Of a DNA stretch of 64,000 bases, positions 51,171 through 64,000 are shown piece by piece (the stretch's first letter is position 1; each line of letters begins with the position of its first letter). The stretch lies in assembly GCF_009914755.1 (NCBI RefSeq), contig NC_060938.1. One strand, given 5' to 3'. The stretch is from the human T2T-CHM13v2.0 reference genome, Homo sapiens. The notes under the pieces are model-generated. The model had not been told where the DNA came from. It ran no database searches and was given only the letters and a program-made list of their open reading frames with translations. Position numbers and translations under genes: made by a program.

Positions 51171-52145
51171 CAGGCTACACTGGTCCCCTCCCATAGGGGC
51201 CTCAGGCCCCGGGCAGGGTGGGCAGGGGTTCATGCTTTCCAGGGCCCTGCTTTGGCCTAACACCCAGCACCTCTCATGTGGCCAGGAGGCCGCAGGGCTA
51301 AGGGGTGAGCCCGCCCGGGCCTGTGCACACCCCTTCTAGACCACACTCTTGGAACCTGGGAGTCTCCTGTCCAGAGGGTCCTGAGAAGACCTCCAAGGCC
51401 CACATGGACCTTGTCCCTGTCTGTTTCCCAAGGTGGCTCATTGTGGGTGGCCTGGATGGAGCTGGGACATGAAGGTGACAGGTGCAGGGAGGGGGGTCCA
51501 TGTGGGAGCATGAGAGTTACCGTGCTCAGGGCCAGTTCCCCCCATGCTCTGAGGTCCAGCAAAGAACTTGGGAGTCAAAGTCTCCCACGCTGGTGTGGGG
51601 CCTTCCGGGGCTTAGTGAAGGGGCAGTCGCCCAAGAGAGGGGCTAGGACACAGTCTATGTGCTACTTAGTGAGGGGGACTTGCAGCCTTTCAACACTTCC
51701 CATGGCAGGTGGACGGGCTTCCCTGGGCTCCTCAGGCAGGCCCTGCACATCCCTCCCAGGCCCAGCCCCGGCCACACGCAAGTGCGCTCAGCGCAGGATT
51801 CCAGTCCCAGAATGCCAGAGCCAGAGCGGCCAGCTGAACCCAGGACAGAGGAGCCCAGGTCTTATTCCTTGGCCCTGGTGGCCTGGGAGGCAGCCCTTGG
51901 TTTGGGTCCCCTCTCCCCTTCCGCAGGGCCCGTCCTTCCTCTCTCAGACTTTCCCTGGCCAGGCTGCTACCACCCCTTCCAGCTCTCCAACCTCAGGTCC
52001 TGGGATCCCCTGATACCCGCCTCCTCCCTTGGCCACCACAGCAGCCACGGTTCTGCCTCCTCCCCATCTCCTTCCACCCTCAGCCCTCACAGCTAGGGCT
52101 CAGGCCCACTCAGTCCCTCAGTGTCCCTCTGGTCTCCCCACCCAA

Positions 52146-52414
52146 GGTCCTCTCTGGCTCTAAAACCCTGAATTAGGAACCAGGAGGTATGACCCAAAAC
52201 ACTTCCTGACCCCAACAATTAGGACTGATGAAGACGAAGTGTCATCCCGGGATCCGAAAGGTTTGGCCTCTCCTGGATGAACACTGGACATTGAAATTCA
52301 TCCTAACTGCATTTCTCAAAGTGGGGGGCTTCCTGGCCCACCTCCTGTTTCAGAAAAATCAGCCCATTTGAGTCATAATGTGCCATCTGGAGTTGCCACT
52401 TAGGCAGTCAGCCC
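52146..52414 (+). repeat. ~270-bp local direct duplication, copy 2 (downstream of the distal poly(A) site)
   Basis: Same ggtcctctctggctctaaaac...cttaggcagNcagccc unit, offset 3640 bp. Confidence 0.92.
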
Positions 52415-52960
52415 CATAGCCCTCGATCTCACCCACCTACCCTCACCCACCCGGGGCCCCGACTCCACACCTGCCTGCTGCTCTCAATGCGGCAGAGCAC
52501 ACAAGACGGACAGGCAGGAGCTAAATGCCAGACACGGACGCTGTCCTGAAACCTCTAGGGAAATAACATGACCACACTGAAGGTTCCCAAGTTAATAAAT
52601 GCAGAAACGTTGATGAAAGGGGCGAGTTTTCTAGGAAAATATTAATCCTCCAAATTCCTCAATGCAGCCAGCAGGAACAGAGTGATCCTCTGGGGGAAGA
52701 CCCCATGGCAGGCAAGGCCGACCTGGTTTGGAGGCCACATTTGACCCTTCGAGGGAGGGGGAAGGCTCAGGCTAGAGGAACTGTTCCACAGAAGAGAAAA
52801 GGAAAAGATGAAGACTTTCCAATTCCATTTCCAGAGCTAGGAGAACCTCTAGGCTGAAACCTGACAAAGATCACAAAACTTGAAAAGAAAAGTCACTGTC
52901 CTCACCCCTGAACAGAGAAACAAAATTTCCAATGAAATAACAACACAGCAAAGCAGCCAC

Positions 52961-53274
52961 ATTTTTTGTTTGTTTGTTTGTTTGTGGGTTTTTTTTGTTT
53001 TGTTTTGTTTTGTTTGAGACAGAGTCTCACTTTGTCACCCAGGCTGCAGTGCAGTGGGGCGATATTGGCTTACTGCAAACTCCACCTCCCGGGTTCAAGC
53101 GATTCTTGTGCCTCAGCTGGGCGCCACCATGCCCAGCTAATTTTTGTATTTCCAGTAGAGATGGGGTTTTGCCATGTTGCCCAAGCTGGTCTCGAACTCC
53201 TGACCTCAGGTAATCCGCCTGCCTCAGCCTCCCAAAGTGCTGGGATTACAGATGGGAGCCACCATGTGTGGCCT
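52961..53274 (-). mobile_element. AluS with small internal deletion
   Basis: Reverse Alu; gcctcagctgggcgccacc lacks the ctcccgagt...attacag segment. Confidence 0.88.
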
Positions 53275-53279
53275 GCAGC

Positions 53280-53316
<37 letters not shown>

Positions 53317-55067
53317 GTGTGATCATGTGTAGCATTTTCTAGAAAAGCAGGTTTAATTTAACATTAGGACATGCAGCAGTTGTGTTGAGCCTGGAGTGGT
53401 CGTAGAAGGAGGGGAGAGTGATGGTCACCTAGAGTCCCTACTAGACAACCCTGGAGCCAGGCTTGGACCTGGGAGAGGAAACCCCGATTATAGGCCCAGT
53501 GGCCAAAAAGAGCCCAGGGGTGGGGATGGTCCAGAGGCAGAGGGCGGGCTTGGGGCCTGAGGGATTACTGCTGTGAGCAGCCTTTGCACAGTGCTCTGGG
53601 CTAGGGAGCAGCATCAGAAAAATCCCCAGTGAACTCCACGTAGAGGAAGAGGCCCCGTGCAGCACCTGGAGCAGGTGCATGGAAGGTTCCTGAAGGAGAT
53701 CTGAGAAGGAGGGAGTAGGGAGGGGCTGTGGAGACTGGGGATAAGACAGAGAGGGGGCTCTGTGGGCAGCCTATGTGGTCAGGACCCAGTCCAGGACCCT
53801 GACACAGGCTAACAGCTGGGCAGCTTAAGGAAGGAGCTCAACTAACTGGGCCCCTGGGCCTGGAGGTGATAGGCTTTGGGTCTTAGGCCCTGTGGCTTTC
53901 TTTCTTCAGTGACTCTCTCCCACAGCTGAGAAAGAAGAAAGCCTTAGCTCTCCACGTCACCCAGCCAAGACCCTCACTCAGTGAATCCCACATATCCTGT
54001 TCACAGGAAGGAGAGGGCCCAGCCCCGACTCACAGCTGGGGAGGAGACATGAAGATCCCAGCTCACTCAGACTGGCCGGTGGCTCAGCTGCACCCGGAAG
54101 TGCGTCTGGCTGTGGTCACTGGGGCGCCATGGCCATGACAAAGATGCGAACACTGGAGTTGACCAAATTTCAACTTCAGCACAGGTCATAGGAAAAAATA
54201 TATGATACCAATGCAATAGGTTCCAGAAGGAATCTGATAAAATCAAAATAAATCCCAGCAAACTAGGAAACAAGTACATATCTCCTTAATGTCAGAAAGA
54301 ACATCTGTCTTAAACTAATGTTTACTATCCTATCAGTCAGTAAAACCGAAAGGCAAGTAAGGCCATGGGTTATACAGCAGTTAAGGGCACTGGCTTTACC
54401 TTTTGGCTCTGTCCCTTGGGCCCATAATATCTTCATGTTTGCTTCCTCACCTGCAAATGAGTAGTCATGGAGAGCAATGAGTATCACTGTTGCTCTAGGA
54501 CTTCTAGCCCATGTAATGAGACAAGAAAAAGCAAAACATGGAAAGGAGACTAAATGATGATGATGATTGTCTACCAAAAACCTCAAGAGAATGACCTGAA
54601 GGAAAAATATGAGAAGTCAGTTAGTAGGACACATATGCTACCTATACAAAAACCTAAATATCAATAGCAACTCATTGCTAAAAAAATAAGGATTTGAGTA
54701 ATTAAAATTTACTATTATAAAGTTGTCAATTATCCCCAACATTAATTTATAAAAGTTTAATGCTATCTATTTGCATTAGGTCCTTAGACAATAGAATTCT
54801 GAAGTTTATCTGAACAAATAAGATAAAGAGAACAAGCAAGGAAAAAAAGTAACCAAGGGGCAACTTGCACCATTGGATTTTAAAACAGAGAACTAAAAAA
54901 AAAATTGTGTGTCTCAGGACTGATACAGAGTTAATATTGGTTTTCTAGGAATGAGGGGATAAATGAAGGAATGCAAGAGTGATAGCTTTTGAAGTCATCT
55001 AGATCCTCTGCTTCAACTACTTATTTACAAATGTGGAAACTGAAACCAAAAGAATGACCAGCCTAAG

Positions 55068-55615
<548 letters not shown>

Positions 55616-55669
55616 GTGTAAGGTGGGTGATAGGGCAGCAGTGGAGCCATTAAGAACAACCGTACACAA

Positions 55670-55860
55670 CTGTGTCAGGCTCTGTGCCAAGTACTCCAAA
55701 TGCATAATCTCAGGCAGTTCATTCAATAACCTACGGGGTGAATAATATCATCTTCTACTGTTACCGATGATGAAATTGAGGCTCAGAGAAGTGAAACGCA
55801 TGTTCACGCTCACCTGGCTAGAGAGTGGTAGGGCTGAGCCCAGTGTCCAGACCTCTAGAA
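55670..55860 (-). mobile_element. MIR
   Basis: gatgatgaaattgaggctcagagaagtgaa. Confidence 0.65.
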
Positions 55861-56236
55861 GGTACATGCCAATTTTCTCTCCACTACCTGACGCTGCCTT
55901 CTGATTTTTAAACATACCTTATTCCAAATTTTCTTAGAATTAGCAACCGTGCTTCACTGGGAGCTTCAGGGAAACAGACCATCTCAGGCCGCATCACTTC
56001 CGGCAGGTCACCAGTAAGAATCCCAGGAGAATGAGGTTGCATCCTTGGCCACTTCAGGGTGGAGCTTCTGTGAGTACTTCCTTTTCCATCCATCCACTCA
56101 CTGTGGAGTAACCCACTCTACCCCGAATGCCCCCATCCCCTGCCTAGGGGAGTTAAGATGTCACTTTGCCAAGCTGAAGATAAGGATGGAATCAAGACCC
56201 TTTGCTGCAATTAATATCAATCATAACAATACCCAG

Positions 56237-56885
<649 letters not shown>

Positions 56886-58243
56886 AGCACTTTATTTTTA
56901 TCTTTTCAGACTTTTCAGGGATTATTAGGTACTGGCTCTGAATTAACACACTGATTTCTGAAGACCTAAAGCATCACTGTGGTCCAGCAGTCAGAAAAGG
57001 GGCTTTTGGAAGTCATCAGTGAAGTGAGCAATAGAGTTTTATTCCGATCTCTCTCACCATGGGCCTGGTGGGTCCCTAAACCCACCCTGTGGTTGTCTCC
57101 CCAGCTCTAGAATTCAAAATTAGGATAGACACACTCAACAGCTGGCAGAATCTTCACATTGACTCTTTAACCCATGGAGTGGGGGCTATTATGATAGGAA
57201 AGGCCAAATGGAAGAAGCTACTAGAACTGCTCGACCTATGAAAATAGTACACCGGAAGTAATACTGTATTCTTGGAGGGATGGCAGAGATTAGTGCCCTC
57301 ATCAAGGAACCTGAAAAATGAAAGGGTGGTGATTCCTGTAATATCTTCATCCAACCCACCTATTTGGGCTGAGTAGAAAACAGATGGATCATAGAGAAAT
57401 TAGAGTCAATTATTATACATTTAATCAGATGGCAATTCTAATTTGCAGCTGCTGTTCCAGATGTGGTTCCGTTGCTGGAGCAAATCAACACATCATCAGA
57501 CACTGGGAAGGCAGCTGTTGAGTTGGTGGGTGTCTCTTTTTCTCTATACCTGTTAGTAAAGAGCAGCAAAATAAGTTTGCTTCCCAGTTGTATTGTTGGT
57601 AAGGCCAGCAGCTCATCATCACCATCCTACCTGAGGGGCAAACCATCTCTCCAACTCTATGGCATAATCTACTCCCCAGGAACTTTGATTGTCTTTCCTT
57701 TATGAGAGCATCACACTGCTTCATTTCTTTGAAGTTATTCTGCCGACTAGACCTGGTTAGCAGGACGCATTGGTAAGACACTTGCATGCCAGAGGGTGGG
57801 AAATAAATCTCACAAAAATTCGGGGACTTCCCAGCTTAGGGAAAATTCTAGGAGTCCAGTAGTTTTGGAGCATGTTGAAAGATTCTTTCCAAGGTGAAAG
57901 GAAAGTTGCTTCATCTGGTATCTCCTATCGGCATGAAAGAGACACAGCTTCCAGTGCAGCTCTCTGGATTTCGGAGGCGGCATATACATAGCCATGCATC
58001 GCAGGATGATGTCTCCATCAGCCACAGACTGTGCATATGAAGGTGGTCCCATAAGATTAGAATGGAGCTGAAACGTTCTCTTGCCTAGTGACATCATAGC
58101 TGTTGTAATGAGGTGGTGCTGTAATGCATTACTCGCATGTTTGTGTGATGTTTGTGTAAACAAACCTACTGCACCGTCAGTTCTATCAGTCTACCACATG
58201 CAGCTATGGACGGTACAAAATACTTGATAATGAGAATAAATAA

Positions 58244-58585
<342 letters not shown>

Positions 58586-58644
58586 TCTATTATACTTTTA
58601 ACTGTTTAGAGTGTACTACTTTTACTTATAAAAAAACAAAGTGG

Positions 58645-59008
<364 letters not shown>

Positions 59009-59549
59009 TCAGGAGGCATCCAGAAGAAGGCATGGTTATCACAGGAGATGGCAGCTCCATGCTTTCCGCCCCTGAGGATCTTCCAGAGGGAAAAGCTGCG
59101 GAGGTGGAAGGCAGTGATACTGATGATCCCGACCGTGGGTAGTCCTAGGCTTATGTGTGTGTTTGGGTTTTAGTTTTTAAGAAAAAAGTTTAAAAAGTAA
59201 GAAAAAATTTAATAGAAAAAAGCTTATAGAATAAGGATATAAAGAAAGAAATATTTTTGTACAGCTATACAATGTTTGTGTTTCAAGCTAAGTGTTAGTG
59301 CTAAAGAGTCAAGAAGTTAAAAGTGACTAAAATGTTTACAAAGTTAAAGAGTTACAGTAAGCTAAGGCTGATTTATTATTGAAGGAAAAAAGCATTTTAA
59401 AATAAATTTAGTGTGGCCTAAGTGCTCAGTGTGTATAAAGTCTACAGTAGTGTGCAGGAATGTCCTAGGCCTTCCCATTCACTCACCCAGAGCAACTTCC
59501 AGTGCTGCAAGCTCCACTTATGGTAAGTGCTCTAGACAGGTGGACCAGG

Positions 59550-59971
<422 letters not shown>

Positions 59972-60510
59972 TAGTGGTCAGTACAGTCACATGCAGTACA
60001 GGTCTGTAGCCTAGGAGCAATAGACCATACCACCTCGCTCCGGTGTGCAGTAGGCTGTACCATTTAAGTGTCTGTGAGTACACTCTATGATGTTTGCACA
60101 ACAACGCAATTGCCTAATGATGCGTTTCTCAGAACATACCTCTTTGATTAAGTGAGGTATGACTGTGCTTGGGCGTGCTATTCTGACTCATTTACTGAGT
60201 GATGTGAAAATCTGCCAATTTTGAGAGAGACCCAGAACAAGAGAAGGCTGCACAGCAGATCCAGGCTGCCGTGCCAGTGGCTCTGCCTCTTGGGCCATAT
60301 GAACCAGCAGATCCAGTGGTGTCTGCAGTGTCAGAGGCACTTCCCTGGGGGGTTGTTCCGAGCTTTTGGCACCCCCTCCCAGGTGAATCACAGCACAGAC
60401 CATTCACATTTTGGAGTGAGGTGCTGCCCTCCTTTGTGGAGAACCACTCTCCGCTCGGGTGTCATTGAGAAACCACTTTTGACTTGCTCCTGGGCTTCCA
60501 CAGAGATTGA

Positions 60511-60825
<315 letters not shown>

Positions 60826-61010
60826 TGACCATGGGCAGCCAAGTTACTAGGTGACCCGAGACACTCACTGTGGACTAAGTACAGTCAGACCCACACAGCC
60901 AAAAGGTTGGTCGTGCACAGTGGTACTCCTGTGTCGCATGGAAACGAATGTATAGGCTCAGGCTGGAGCAAATGCTTTAGGCAAAAGCAAGTTGAGTGAG
61001 AAGCAACTCA

Positions 61011-61352
<342 letters not shown>

Positions 61353-62262
61353 CTATTCTCAGCTGTGCCACCTTCTCTCTATCAATCTGTATTGATGGCC
61401 TCAGGGGAGGTCCCCATGATCAGGTCACTGAGGAAGGCATTTCCATCCTGGTTTATAGATGGTTCTGTGTGACACACAGATACTACCCCAGCGCAGACAG
61501 CTGCAACAGGTGGCCCCGCTCTGAAATGGCCCTGAAGGCCTGTGGTGAGGGGACATCCTACCAATTCACAGAATCTGGGTTGTTCATTTTGTTGGAAAAG
61601 AGAGCTGGCCAGAGATACGGGTCTGTATTGATTTGTGGGCTCTGGTTAATGGTTTGGCTAAGCGGTTAGAGAACTGGAATTGGAATACAATTGAGAAACC
61701 AGTGAGAAGAAGGTCTGAGGAAGTGGGTAAGTGGATAGACCTCTCCAAATCAGCATAGAGTGTGAAGATATTTGTGTCTCATGCGAAAGTTCAGTGAAAG
61801 TCATCAAAGGGTGATCTCAGCAGAGGAAGATTTTATTAACCAGGTGGATGGGATGACCTGTTTTGGGGATGGCAGTCTCCTCTCTGGCCTATGCTTGGGT
61901 TTGTCATATAGGCTCCTGAGCAAAGCAGGAAGGAGTGGAGGTTGCACACTCTCAGCCACGTCTGCTTCCATTGCACAAAGCCAGTCATCTACAGCCACTG
62001 CTGAGAGCCCGATGGGCCACCAGCAGAGACCGGCACTGAATCCTGCCATGGTCCGCTTCCCAGGGACCGGCCAGCCACCTAGAGGCAGACGACTGCACTG
62101 GGCCACTTCATCATGGAAAGGGGTAGCACTTTGTTCTCGCTGGAATAGATATTGACTCTGGATGAAATTTGCCTTCCCTGCCCTCAATGCTTCTGCCAAA
62201 ATGTACACCCATGGGCCTACCAAGTCCTTTCGGCATTGACACAGCAATGACTACCTTGAGCT

Positions 62263-63309
<1,047 letters not shown>

Positions 63310-64000
63310 AAGCTGGATGTTGAAACTGCCATCCGGTCACTTTGAGCTCCTCATACCGCTGAGTCAACAAGCGAAGAAGGGGGGTCACTGTACTGGCTGG
63401 GGTGATTGATCCTGATCAATCCCGATCAAGGAGAGATTGGATTGCCAATGCACCCATGAATTGCAGGAGACCCTTGGGTGTTTTCTATTCCTCCCCTGCC
63501 CTGTGATTAAAACCAATGAAAATCTTTACCAGCCCAATTCAGGCAGAACCTCCAATGGCCCAAAGTCTTCATGAATCAATGCTTGGGGCACTCTACAAAG
63601 CAAAAAACCATGAGTAGCTGGAATGCTCGCTAAAGCCAAAGGGAATATGAAATGGCCATTGGAAGGAGTTAGTTATCAATGCCTGTTAGGACGATGTAAC
63701 CAGTGGCAGAAATGAGGACTGTAATAACCATGGGTCTTTCTTCCTTATTTTGAATATGTTTATATGTATGTGTATTTTTTGTTTTCTTTTCTTATCTCAT
63801 CATCTAGCATAAGATGCGGAACCAGTAGTTAGCTTCGTATCTCAGTATCTAGGCTGCAGAATTTAAAACAGGCAGTGTGAGTGAGCTAGAAGAATCAACC
63901 TTGTCCAAAGGGGAAAAAAGGACTTTCTATCCTCTTCTGGGGAAAGGTTAGTGTATTTGTAGGTATAGGCAGGGCTGTTGTGTAATGTGTAGCTGTAAGA

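Overview
Human genomic DNA (a human-specific AluYb8 is present) from the imprinted DLK1-DIO3 domain, 14q32. The only protein-coding gene is DLK1 (Pref-1) on the + strand. It has five coding exons (39982-40048, 41309-41372, 41851-41981, 44957-45098, 47064-47811), which join through GT-AG introns into 1152 nt = 383 aa: signal peptide, 6 EGF repeats, juxtamembrane stalk, TM helix and short tail. It has a CpG-island promoter, an in-frame 219-nt exitron in exon 5, and a weak proximal plus canonical distal poly(A) signals. The ~40 kb upstream is intergenic: Alu, MIR, L2, L1, MaLR and MER20 repeats, two VNTRs, STRs and an orphan CpG island with a CTCF motif. The last ~8 kb is a nested ERVL/Tigger3/MST/Alu stack. 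MEG3, the IG-DMR and the snoRNA/miRNA clusters are not recognisable in the window. The most intriguing unexplained structure is at the DLK1 3' end. A ~270-bp unit is duplicated 3640 bp apart, one copy downstream of each main poly(A) region, and carries a hammerhead-ribozyme-like core and a 41-bp invariant block. Between the copies lie a dense YCAY (NOVA-type) cluster and a candidate in-frame alternative last exon. These are hypotheses from manual reading only; repeat boundaries and subfamily calls are approximate.
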